The translations under genes were made by a program, and so were the position numbers. The notes beneath the pieces are model-generated. The model searched no databases, was not told the origin of the DNA, and was given only the letters and a program-made list of their open reading frames with translations. Shown piece by piece: positions 9,464-21,756 of a stretch of DNA of 64,000 bases (its first letter is position 1; each line of letters begins with the position of its first letter). The stretch is from Planctomycetota bacterium (GTDB lineage Bacteria > Planctomycetota > UBA1135 > UBA2386). The DNA lies in the NCBI GenBank assembly GCA_965228735.1, contig OZ245838.1, positions 1,408,001 through 1,472,000 on the forward strand. Reading direction: 5' to 3'.

Positions 9464-11476
9464 CTACTCGGGCAGCACCTGCCCGACCGCCGCGACGAAG
9501 TGCGGCACCGGGTCGACGAGATCGATGTCGATGCGATCGAACGTGACCGCGCGTTCGAGGTCGACGACGTGCGGCACGAGCCCGAGCAGCTGCGACACGG
9601 CGAGCAGATCGACCGCGACGTCGGCCGCGGGCGCCGCGTCCCCGGCGGAGCAGCGGATGCGATACCGGAAGCCCCCGGCGAGCTGCATCGCGATGCGACT
9701 CGCGGTCACCGCGGTGGCGAACGTCACGCGCAGGCCGCCGCGCTGCACGACGCGCACACGGTCGTCGTCGAACCACAGCGCGCCGACGCCGGGCAAGGTC
9801 GACGGTCGCACCGACGCGACGGCGCTGCCGGCGACCTCCCGCCGTGCCGGGGTCAGGTACGGGCCTGCGGCGTAGCTCTCGAGTTCGGCATCGAACGCAC
9901 CCGACCACAGCTGCCACAGCGCGGACCACCGCTCACCGGCGAACAACTCCCCCGCCGTCGCCTGGCGCAACGCGTCGTAGTAGCGGCGCAGTCCCGGATC
10001 GACGATGCGGTTGTCGCCGAACGCGATCGACTCGAGATAGCCGGCCGGGATCTCGCGCGGGATGTGGCCGACGCGCCACTCCGCGGTCGGGCTCGCGGGC
10101 AGGCGCGCGAGCAGCGCATCGCAGAGCAGCGGATCGAAGAAGCGCATCAGCGTCCCGCCTTCGAACGCGTAGATGCCGGCCTTGCCGGCCGAGGCGACGA
10201 GCGGGCGGGTCCGGCCGAGCTGCTGCAGCGACGCGGTCGCGCCGCCCGGCACCGGAATGTCTCGGGTCGGGGCGAACAACCCGACCTCGCGCACGTAGGC
10301 GCTGCGTTCGTCGAGGATGCCGCGGTGATGCCAGACCGGTTCGGTCTCGGACGCGGGCGCCACGAGCCACTTCGGAACGCCGCCGATGAAGCCGAGCGCG
10401 GCCGCCAGGATCATCGCGAGCGCCGCGAGCCAGCGTCGGGACGGCACTGCGAACATGGGGGTCAGCAGCGCGAGCGCGACGAAGAACGGCGGCGAGAAGA
10501 ACCGTCCCGCCATGAAATCGCCGCCGACCTTGACGATGTAGGCAACGTAGGCGAGCACGCCGACAGCGAGCCACCGGCTGCCCGCGCGCGGGTGCAAGAA
10601 CGCGCTGACCACACCCGCGCCGATCACGAGCAGCGTGAGCGGATCGTAGAGCACCATGAACACGACGTGGTGCAGGCCCTGCTCCAACATCGTGAGCGCC
10701 GGCAATCCGTGACTCAGCTTGGCATACGCCGTGATCGGCAGCGGCGTGCCGTAGTAGACCGTCGCGAACAGCAGCCACAGCCACAGCGGCAGGAGGCCGA
10801 GCAGGCACGCGATGCTCCACCGGGCGACGCCGGCCGCCCGCAGCGTCGACAGCAGCACCGGTCCGGCGAGCACGACGAGGTCGAGGCGCGTGGTCGCGAG
10901 CAGACCGACGAGCACCGCGAGGCGGCGCGTCTTCCGAACGGCGGCGGCGGCGCGAGCGTCACCTGCAAGGGACAAATCGGCCGGCCGCGATTCGACCGCG
11001 AGAACGAGGAACGCCAGCAGGGCGAACGTGAGCGGGTTCTCGAGTCCGGACACGGCGAACTCGGTGAACGCCCGCGACCAGAGCAACAGCCACATGACCA
11101 CCGCCGCGGCGACCGCGCCGCCGCTCCGACCACCGGATCGGTCGCCGCACCGGCCGGCGCGGAGAGCGAGCAGCGCCACGGCCGTGATCGCGAGCAGGTA
11201 CGACAGCGCGATCGTGCCGAAGTAGCACTCCCCCGTGCACAGCCGCGCGCCCGTGAGCAGCAGCATCCACAGCGGGTGCGTGTAGCACTGCAGCCGTTCG
11301 CCGGCGTTCCACACGGCACCGTGCCCGGTCGCGATGTTCTCGACGGTGCGCAGCGTGATGTAGGTGTCGTCCCCGACCCAGGCGAGGCGCAGCAGCACCG
11401 CGGCGAGCACGACGCCGATCAGCAACGCTGCGATGATCCAGGCCACGCGGGCTTGCGGCGACGAGAACGACGACAT
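9464..11476 (-). CDS. GT-C fold membrane glycosyltransferase (arabinofuranosyltransferase AftB-like)
   Basis: DDTYITLRTVEN...GERLQCYTHPLW, SGLENPL, YYGTPLPITAYAK, GGDFMAGRF; many TM helices. Confidence 0.78.
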   Translation of the reverse strand: MSSFSSPQARVAWIIAALLIGVVLAAVLLRLAWVGDDTYITLRTVENIATGHGAVWNAGERLQCYTHPLWMLLLTGARLCTGECYFGTIALSYLLAITAVALLALRAGRCGDRSGGRSGGAVAAAVVMWLLLWSRAFTEFAVSGLENPLTFALLAFLVLAVESRPADLSLAGDARAAAAVRKTRRLAVLVGLLATTRLDLVVLAGPVLLSTLRAAGVARWSIACLLGLLPLWLWLLFATVYYGTPLPITAYAKLSHGLPALTMLEQGLHHVVFMVLYDPLTLLVIGAGVVSAFLHPRAGSRWLAVGVLAYVAYIVKVGGDFMAGRFFSPPFFVALALLTPMFAVPSRRWLAALAMILAAALGFIGGVPKWLVAPASETEPVWHHRGILDERSAYVREVGLFAPTRDIPVPGGATASLQQLGRTRPLVASAGKAGIYAFEGGTLMRFFDPLLCDALLARLPASPTAEWRVGHIPREIPAGYLESIAFGDNRIVDPGLRRYYDALRQATAGELFAGERWSALWQLWSGAFDAELESYAAGPYLTPARREVAGSAVASVRPSTLPGVGALWFDDDRVRVVQRGGLRVTFATAVTASRIAMQLAGGFRYRIRCSAGDAAPAADVAVDLLAVSQLLGLVPHVVDLERAVTFDRIDIDLVDPVPHFVAAVGQVLPE

Positions 11477-11598
11477 CGGCGTGCCGTGATACGGCCGTGC
11501 CCGGCGCCAGCCAAGCGGCGACTGCCACGCAGCCATCCGGAAACGGATGCGCGGGAATCCCTTGCACCCGACCCACGCGATCCGTTGAGTGCCCGGCG

Positions 11599-14880
<3,282 letters not shown>

Positions 14881-14883
14881 CGG

Positions 14884-16041
14884 ATGGCGCTGCCCGAGAT
14901 CCGACTCAAGGTGAAGGCCACGGGGCGGCACCCGTGGTTCTACCGCAAGATGATCCAGAAGCCGTCGGCCCGGCTGCCGGCCGGCAGCCCCGTGCGCGTG
15001 CGCGATCGCGAGGGCCGGCTCGTCGGCAGCGGCTTCTACAACCCGCGCGCCGAGCTCGCGCTGCGCATGTTCAGCGACCGCGCCGTCGGCGCAGACGCCG
15101 TCGAGCAACACTTCGTTCAGGCGCTGAAGAACGCCGTCGAGCTGCGCGAACGCGTGCTCGATCTGCCGAGCGTGACCGACGCGTATCGTCTCGTGCACGC
15201 CGAGGCCGACGGCTTCCCCGGCGTCGTGATCGACAGGCTCGGCCAGGCGATCGTCGCGCAGGTCAGTTCGCTCGGCATGCTCGAGCGGCTCGAAGGCGCC
15301 GGCGAGTGGCTGCTGCGCCACTTCCAGGGCAGCCAGCTGCTGCTGTTGTTGGACAAGGACTGGTCGGTGCGCGAAGGGCTGCCCAAGGTGCCCCGGCCAG
15401 AGCCCGTGGCGACGACCGTGCAGGAGCACGGCATCACGTACGCGGTCACGGCCGGCACCGGGCACAAGACGGGGTTCTTCGCCGACCAGCGCGACAACCG
15501 CCAGCTCGTCCGGCAGCTCGCGCGCGGCAAGCGCGTGCTCGATCTGTGCTGCAACAGCGGCGGCTTCGCGCTCAACGCGGCCGCGGGCGGCGCCAAGCAC
15601 GTGCTCGCGGCCGACCTCGACGAGGCCATGGTCGCGCAGACGGAACACAACGCGGGGCAGAACGACCTGCGCCTCGAGGTCGCGCACGCCGACGCGTTCG
15701 ACCTGCTGCGCGACCTCGAACCGGCCCGGCACGACCTGATCGTGCTCGATCCGCCGAAGTGGGTCCGCGGCAAGGAAGAGCTCGAGGGCGGCCTGCGCCG
15801 CTACGCGGACCTGAATCGACTCGGCCTCGAGAAGGTCGCGCCGGGCGGCCTCGTCTTGACGTGCTCCTGTTCGGGCGCCGTCCGCGAGGGCGACTTCCTG
15901 CGGATGCTCACCGGCGCGGCCGCGCAGGCCCGGCGCGACGTGCGGGTGCTGCAGCTGCGCGGCGCCGGTGCCGATCACCCGGTCGCGCTCGAGTGCCCCG
16001 AGACGCGCTACCTCAAGGTCGCGCTATTGCAGGTGCGTTGA
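14884..16041 (+). CDS. RlmI/RlmK-like SAM-dependent rRNA methyltransferase
   Basis: PUA-like GRHPW, RLVHAEADGFPG, GHKTGFFADQRDNR, VLDLCCNSGGF, VLDPPK, TCSCS, DHP...YLK. Confidence 0.88.
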   Translation: MALPEIRLKVKATGRHPWFYRKMIQKPSARLPAGSPVRVRDREGRLVGSGFYNPRAELALRMFSDRAVGADAVEQHFVQALKNAVELRERVLDLPSVTDAYRLVHAEADGFPGVVIDRLGQAIVAQVSSLGMLERLEGAGEWLLRHFQGSQLLLLLDKDWSVREGLPKVPRPEPVATTVQEHGITYAVTAGTGHKTGFFADQRDNRQLVRQLARGKRVLDLCCNSGGFALNAAAGGAKHVLAADLDEAMVAQTEHNAGQNDLRLEVAHADAFDLLRDLEPARHDLIVLDPPKWVRGKEELEGGLRRYADLNRLGLEKVAPGGLVLTCSCSGAVREGDFLRMLTGAAAQARRDVRVLQLRGAGADHPVALECPETRYLKVALLQVR

Positions 16042-16058
16042 CGCACTGACGCTCGGGC

Positions 16059-16652
16059 TCAGTCAGAACCATCCTCGCCCCACGCGCGCACGAGCTCTTC
16101 GGACTCGTTCTCGACGCCGAGCGCGTCGGCGATGCGGTTGATGTAGTTGAAGTAGCCGATCACCTGCGCCGCGTCGTGGATCGCCGGATCCGAGAACCCG
16201 GCCGCGCGCAGATCCGTGACCGCGCGTTCCGATCGCGCTGCGGGACTCGTCGTCATGTGCTCGGCGAACGCGCACAGCGCCCGGTCCTCCGCGCGAAGCG
16301 CCGCATGCCGCCAATCGCGCGCCACTGCCTCGATCAGGGCGTCCGCGGCGTCCGCCGCAGCGCCGTCGTCGACCTCGGCCCGGAGGTCGTGGGCATGGGC
16401 GCGCGTTCAATAGACGCAGCCGTTGCGCCGGCTCGTGACGACGGCGAGAAGCTCGCGCTGCCAGCGCGACAGCTCGGACTCGCCGAACATCACGGCGCGA
16501 TACATCGCCATCGACGCCTTCAGCACCACCGGGTTCGGCGTCATGATCCGCACGATGTTCCAGACGCGACCGGCGCGCTTCCGCGCGAGTTCGAGCTCGC
16601 GCGCGGCCGCGCCGGTTGCCTCGGCGTCCTCGACCTGTCGAATGAACGGCAT
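16059..16652 (-). CDS. AhpD/carboxymuconolactone-decarboxylase-family peroxidase-related protein; probable selenoprotein (CVYU, in-frame UGA at 16407-16409)
   Basis: Two in-frame track ORFs join through one TGA into 197 aa: LSRWQRELLAVVTSRRNGCVY-U-TRAH...LRAAGFSD...FNYINRIADALGV. Confidence 0.85.
16370..16389 (-). promoter_or_regulatory. Candidate bacterial SECIS hairpin
   Basis: mRNA CGACCUC-CGGGCC-GAGGUCG: 7-bp stem with a G-containing loop that starts about 25 nt after the UGA. Confidence 0.6.
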
Positions 16653-16676
16653 GGTCGTCTACTGTACCGCCGCCCG

Positions 16677-17270
16677 ATGACCGCGTTCGACGACATGCTG
16701 CAGAAGTGCCTCGATCCGGTCCCCGCGTCGTGGCCGGTGAGCGAGCGGCGCAACGCCGCCGTGCTGTGCCCCATCGTCGACCGGAACGGCGTCGATCACG
16801 CGCTGTTCACCGTGCGACCCGGCAACCTGCGACGGCACGCGGGCCAGATCGGCTTTCCGGGCGGCATGCAGGAGCTCGATGAGGCCCCGGCCACGACGGC
16901 ACTGCGCGAGTGCCACGAGGAGATCGGCGTGCCAGCGGACGCGGTTCAGCTGCTCGGCGCGGTCGCGACGCGCGAGAGTTCGTCGCGCATCGACGTGCAC
17001 TGCCTCGTGGGGCGGGTGGCGCCCGTCGAGCTCGTGCTCGCCGCGGACGAGGTCGAGCGCGTGATCTACGTGCCGATGCCCGAGTTGCTCGATCGCTCTC
17101 GCTGGGCCCAACGGCCACCGCCGATCCGCGTGAAAGGAACGCAGCCGCCGACGAGCCCGCACTTCCGCTTCGGCGACGACCTGCTCTGGGGCCTGACGGG
17201 CCGCTTCGTGTTCGAGCTCGTGACCCGCGTCGACGGCCCGGATCACTCGAAGACCGGCAGCGCGCAGTAG
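16677..17270 (+). CDS. Nudix hydrolase, CoA pyrophosphatase type
   Basis: AAVL, LRRHAGQIGFPGG, TALRECHEEIG Nudix box, LWGLTG. Confidence 0.9.
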   Translation: MTAFDDMLQKCLDPVPASWPVSERRNAAVLCPIVDRNGVDHALFTVRPGNLRRHAGQIGFPGGMQELDEAPATTALRECHEEIGVPADAVQLLGAVATRESSSRIDVHCLVGRVAPVELVLAADEVERVIYVPMPELLDRSRWAQRPPPIRVKGTQPPTSPHFRFGDDLLWGLTGRFVFELVTRVDGPDHSKTGSAQ

Positions 17271-18238
17271 CGGTAATAGATCTCGAGCGTCAGGAGGTGG
17301 ACCGCGCTGGTGCCGACGCGCCCGAAGCGTTCGCCGAACGCGCCGGCCGGGTCCCACGTTCCCGGCCGCGGATCCGCGGGCTGCTGCTGTGACTTCACGA
17401 CGGTAAGCAGGCGCTTCGAGCCGTCCTTCCAGGTCGCGCCGCCGATCTGGAACGCCGTCACGGTGCAGTAGAACGTCGTCCACGGATCGGCCATGAGGTC
17501 GTCCGGCCACGGCACTGCCGGGAACGTCGGGCGGTCATCCACCGCACTCGCAGCCGAGATGCGCACCGTTCGGCGCAGCACCTCGACCGCGCGTTCGCGG
17601 TCGCTGCGCGGCCTCGTCGCGTGCCATCGCCCGGTCAACGCCGTGAGTGCCGCCGTTGGGCGGGCGAGCCGCTGGTACGAGTCATCCGCGCGCGCCGCGT
17701 GACCCGTCCTCTCCGCGTCATCGACGGGACGCGGCCCCGCCCGCAACGACCGCAGCACGACCTCGGCCCAGAACCGTTGCTCGGCTCCGATCGGCGGCCG
17801 ACGGACCGTGAGCTCCCGCACGAGCGCGTCGACGGCGCGCCGGGCCCGATCCGCCCGCACGATGCCGGGCGCCGCCCGCAGGTCCTCGGCCAGGACGAGC
17901 GTGGCGAACGTGTGATCGAGCAGCCAGTCCGGCTCAGCGCGGAAGCCGATGCGACCCTGCTCGTCCTGGCGCCCCCGCAGCCACCGCAGCCCGGCAACGA
18001 TCGCTTCCCGATTCCGACCGTACGCCGACGACTGCCCATCGCCGAGGAAGCACAGCAGCATCCAGGCCGTCACGCGCAGGTCCGCGGCGGTTGGCTCGCC
18101 GTCCTCGCGGGCACTCCAGCGCCCGTCCCGGAGCTGCAGGGACGCGAGCTGCAGGGACGCGAGCTGGGCCCGCGACGTTGCCAGCAGCCCGAGCACCGCG
18201 ACGACGAGGAGCACGGGCCGCTGTCGGAGACCAGACAC
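17243..18238 (-). CDS. Exported prenyltransferase/squalene-cyclase-repeat-like alpha-helical protein (paralog A)
   Basis: QLRDGRW, VTAWMLLCFLGDG, GLRWLRGRQDEQG, C-terminal GRVGTSAVHLLTLEIYYRY. Start approximate. Confidence 0.65.
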   Translation of the reverse strand: MSGLRQRPVLLVVAVLGLLATSRAQLASLQLASLQLRDGRWSAREDGEPTAADLRVTAWMLLCFLGDGQSSAYGRNREAIVAGLRWLRGRQDEQGRIGFRAEPDWLLDHTFATLVLAEDLRAAPGIVRADRARRAVDALVRELTVRRPPIGAEQRFWAEVVLRSLRAGPRPVDDAERTGHAARADDSYQRLARPTAALTALTGRWHATRPRSDRERAVEVLRRTVRISAASAVDDRPTFPAVPWPDDLMADPWTTFYCTVTAFQIGGATWKDGSKRLLTVVKSQQQPADPRPGTWDPAGAFGERFGRVGTSAVHLLTLEIYYRYCALPVFE

Positions 18239-18296
18239 GTGGGTTCCAACGGTCCGACTCGCGCCGCGGTTCAGCTCCGGTTCACCCCGCGCGCGA

Positions 18297-19322
18297 TCAC
18301 TGAATGAACGCGAGCGTACAGTAGCGGTAGTAGCACTCGAGGGTGAGCATGTGCACGGCGCTCGTGCCGAGGCGCCCCCAGCGGTCGCCGAACTCACCCT
18401 GCGGCTGCCACAGCCCGCGGTGCTCGCCGTTCGGCTCCTCGTTCTGCGCGTCGACCACCTGCCGCAGCTCGCGATAGGCACCCGCGTAGGCCTCCCGACT
18501 CGACCGCAGCGCGGCCATCGCGAGGTAGAACGTCGTCATCGGGTCCGCGAGCGGGTCGTCGGGCCAGCCCGGCGGCCGCGTGCCCTCGTCGCTCTTCGGC
18601 CACGGACCGCGCAACGCATCGGGACGGTCGGGGCCGGCGAACGTGACCAGGACCTGGGCCGCGGCCCGGTCGCGCGGCGTACGGGGTTCTGCTTTCGGCA
18701 ACCCGGACAGCGCCGATTCCAACACCGCAGCGGCGTCATCGAGCGCGGTGCGGAACGCGCTGCCCGCCTGGCCGCGATCGTCGTGCGGATGCTTCCGCCG
18801 CAGCGCCCGGACAATGCCGGCGGACCAGAGGCGCAGCTCCGCCGTCGGCACCGGGCGCGCCCGCTCGATCCCGGAGACCAACGCGGCAACCGCATTCAAC
18901 GCCCATCGCACGCGCAGAGTCACCTTGCCCGGCGGCCGCGCCCGCACGTCCTCGACGAACGCGAGCGTCGCGAGCGCGTGGTCGAGCAGCCAATCCGGAT
19001 CGGCGCGCAGCCCGATCCGACCGGCCTCGTCCTGCTGCCGCGCGAGCCAGCGCATCCCGCGCCGGATCGCCGCGCGGTCCCGGCCCGACCCCGAACACTG
19101 CCCGTCGCCGAGGTGCGCGAGCAGCACGAGCGTCGTGACGCGGAGATCGGCACGGTCGGGCGCACCGTCGGCCCGCGCGGCCCAACGACCGTCCTCGGAC
19201 TGCCGCTCCGCGAGTTGCGCCGGCAGCGTCGCCAGGACGCTCGCGAGCGTCGTGGCAACGACGGTGAGACGACTTCGCAGGAACACGACAGCTCGAACGG
19301 CGCGCCGAGCGGATCGGTTCAC
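18297..19322 (-). CDS. Exported prenyltransferase/squalene-cyclase-repeat-like protein (paralog B)
   Basis: QSEDGRW, VTTLVLLAHLGDG, GMRWLARQQDEAG, GRLGTSAVHMLTLECYYRY; collinear with paralog A. Confidence 0.65.
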   Translation of the reverse strand: MNRSARRAVRAVVFLRSRLTVVATTLASVLATLPAQLAERQSEDGRWAARADGAPDRADLRVTTLVLLAHLGDGQCSGSGRDRAAIRRGMRWLARQQDEAGRIGLRADPDWLLDHALATLAFVEDVRARPPGKVTLRVRWALNAVAALVSGIERARPVPTAELRLWSAGIVRALRRKHPHDDRGQAGSAFRTALDDAAAVLESALSGLPKAEPRTPRDRAAAQVLVTFAGPDRPDALRGPWPKSDEGTRPPGWPDDPLADPMTTFYLAMAALRSSREAYAGAYRELRQVVDAQNEEPNGEHRGLWQPQGEFGDRWGRLGTSAVHMLTLECYYRYCTLAFIQ

Positions 19323-19338
19323 GCCCGAACGGCGAAGA

Positions 19339-21756
19339 TCAGCCGCGCAGCTCGGCCCCGATGCTCGCGGCCTGCTCGCGCACCTTCTTCAGGAACTTGC
19401 TCTCGTCCTTGTCCGCGAGCGTGCGGTCGTCCGCGCCGAGCGTGACCGTGAAGTTGAGGCTCTTCTTGCCGGCGGGCACGTGCTCGCCGCGGTAGGCCTC
19501 GAAGAGCTCGACGTGGCGCACGAGCTTGCGTCCCACCTGCCGCAGGAAGTCAGAGGCGGCCTTGACCTGCACGCCCTCGTCGACGAGCAGCGCGACGTCG
19601 ACGGGCAGCGGCGGGAACGTCGGCACGGGCGCGTACTGCGCGATCTGCCGACCCGCGACGATCAGCGCCCGCACGTCGAGGCACGCGATCGCCACCGTCT
19701 TCGGCAGATCGAGCGCCCGCGCGACGCCGGGGTGCAGATGCGCGACGTAGCCGACGGGCGAGCCGTCGCGATCGATCGCGACCGCGCGCTGCGGGTGCAC
19801 CCACGGCTGGTCCTTGCCGTGCCAGACGCGTTCGAGCACGGCCGGGTAGCCACCACGACCGAGCATCGCCTGCACCGCCTCGCGCAGTTCACCGAACGGA
19901 TGCTCGCCGTCGCGCCGGGCGAATACGATCGCGATCTCGCGGACCTCGTGCGCGAGCACGTGGTCCTCGCCCTTCATCTCCGCGTGGTAGCCCTTGCCGT
20001 GCTCGACGAGCCGCACCTCGCCCTGTTCGCGCAGGTTCGGCGCGAGGTTACCGAGCAGACTCGGCAGCACGTGCCGGCGGATGCGGGTCATCTCGGGCGC
20101 GACCGGGTTGGTCGCTCGCAGGTAGGCGTGACCGCCGGCGCCGCACGCCTGCACGGCCGCGTCACCGATGAACGTGTAGTTGTAGGCCTCGCTGCAGCCG
20201 AGGTCGAAGCACGCACTCTCGACGAGCCGGCGCGACAACCCGAGCTCATCGTTCCGCGGCGGCGGCTCGATCGTGCCCGTGAGCGGCTTCTCCGGAATGT
20301 TGTCGTAGCGGAACATCCGACCGACCTCCTCGATGAGGTCGTCCTCGGCGTTGATGTCCTTCGTCGCGCGGAAACTCGGCACGCGCACGGTGAAGCCCGT
20401 CTCCGTGACGTCGACGCCGAACTGCAGCGACTCGAAGATCGCCTGGACCTGTGCGTCGTCGAGCTCGTGACCGAGCTTCTGGTGCAGCCGCGCCCGCCGC
20501 AGCTCGACCACCGGTGGCTCGAAGTCGAAGCCAGCCGGGTCGACGAGCGGGCCCGCCGCGCGCGCGTCGGGACAGTGCTCCTGCAGCAGGCGAACGAAGT
20601 GGTGCACCGCGAGCTCGGCATTGGCCGGGTCCTGCGCCTTCTCGAAGCGCGCGCTCGCGTCGGTCCGCAGCCCGAGCCGCATGCTCGTGCGCCGGATCGT
20701 CGTCGCGTGGAAGTTGGCCGACTCGAGGAAGAGCGTGGACGTGCCCTCCTCGACCATCGTGCCGGCTCCACCCATGACGCCGGCGAGCGCCTCCGGCGTG
20801 TCGCCGGAGCAGATCAGCAGGTCCGTGGTCTCGAGCGCGCGTTCCTGGCCGTCGAGCGTCGTCATCGCCTCACCGTCGCGAGCGAACCGGACCCGCACGG
20901 GCCCGTCCCCGACGTGCCGGCGATCGAACGCGTGCATCGGCTGCCCGAGATCGAGCATCACGAAGTTGGTCAGGTCGACCGGCAGGTTGATCGCGCGCTG
21001 CCCGACCGCGGCGAGCAGCCAGCGCAGCTCGTTCGGCGACGGGCCGCTGTCGACGCCATCGATGACGAGACCGCAGTAGCGCGGACACGCCGCCTTCGCC
21101 GCCTCGTCGATCTCGATCGGCAGCGCGTCGCCCTCGGTCGGGAAGTCGAGACGCTCGGTCACGGGCTTGCACTCGAGCCCGTAGATCGCCGCGAGTTCGC
21201 GCGCGAAGCCGTAGTGCCCCCAGAGGTCGGGTCGGTGGTTCACCGACTTGTTGTCGATCTCGAAGACCCAGTCCTGCACGGGACAGACGTCGACGAACTT
21301 CGCGCCGATCGGGGTCTTCTCGGGCAACACGAAGATGCCGTCGGCCTCCTCGGACAGGCCGAGCTCGGCCTCCGAGCAGATCATGCCGTGCGACTCGACG
21401 CCGCGGATCTTGCCGACCTTGATCTTGAGCGCGCCCTTGTTGCCAACGGGCGGCAGCGTGTCACCCGGGCGGATCACGACGACGCGCTGACCGGCCGCGA
21501 CGTTGGGCGCGCCGCAGACGATCTGCACGACGCCGCCGGCGTCCTGCAGGTCGACCGTGCAGACCGACAGCTTGTCGGCGTCGGGGTGCTTCTCGCGCTT
21601 GCGCACGTGCCCGACGACGAGGCACTCGAGCCCGTCGCCGAAGCGCTCGAGCCCTTCGATCTCGGCCGTGCTCATCGTCAGATCGGCGAGGATCTGCTTG
21701 GGGTCGAGGTGCGAGACGTCGACGTGCCGCGACAGCCAACGGAGCGAGAGCTTCAT
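19339..21756 (-). CDS. pheT: Phenylalanine--tRNA ligase beta subunit
   Basis: MKLSLRWL, KHPDADKL, CGAPN, RGVESHGMICS, GQPMHAFD, FDX-ACB C-terminus. Confidence 0.97.
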   Translation of the reverse strand: MKLSLRWLSRHVDVSHLDPKQILADLTMSTAEIEGLERFGDGLECLVVGHVRKREKHPDADKLSVCTVDLQDAGGVVQIVCGAPNVAAGQRVVVIRPGDTLPPVGNKGALKIKVGKIRGVESHGMICSEAELGLSEEADGIFVLPEKTPIGAKFVDVCPVQDWVFEIDNKSVNHRPDLWGHYGFARELAAIYGLECKPVTERLDFPTEGDALPIEIDEAAKAACPRYCGLVIDGVDSGPSPNELRWLLAAVGQRAINLPVDLTNFVMLDLGQPMHAFDRRHVGDGPVRVRFARDGEAMTTLDGQERALETTDLLICSGDTPEALAGVMGGAGTMVEEGTSTLFLESANFHATTIRRTSMRLGLRTDASARFEKAQDPANAELAVHHFVRLLQEHCPDARAAGPLVDPAGFDFEPPVVELRRARLHQKLGHELDDAQVQAIFESLQFGVDVTETGFTVRVPSFRATKDINAEDDLIEEVGRMFRYDNIPEKPLTGTIEPPPRNDELGLSRRLVESACFDLGCSEAYNYTFIGDAAVQACGAGGHAYLRATNPVAPEMTRIRRHVLPSLLGNLAPNLREQGEVRLVEHGKGYHAEMKGEDHVLAHEVREIAIVFARRDGEHPFGELREAVQAMLGRGGYPAVLERVWHGKDQPWVHPQRAVAIDRDGSPVGYVAHLHPGVARALDLPKTVAIACLDVRALIVAGRQIAQYAPVPTFPPLPVDVALLVDEGVQVKAASDFLRQVGRKLVRHVELFEAYRGEHVPAGKKSLNFTVTLGADDRTLADKDESKFLKKVREQAASIGAELRG

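Noticed and set aside
16407..16409. Pseudogene interpretation of the AhpD-like gene
   Set aside because: The stop is TGA at the catalytic Cys position with a downstream hairpin and otherwise intact frames; selenocysteine is the more economical reading, though unproven.
17243..19322. Squalene-hopene cyclase or terpene biosynthesis cluster
   Set aside because: The proteins are half the size, appear exported and lack the DxDD catalytic motif.
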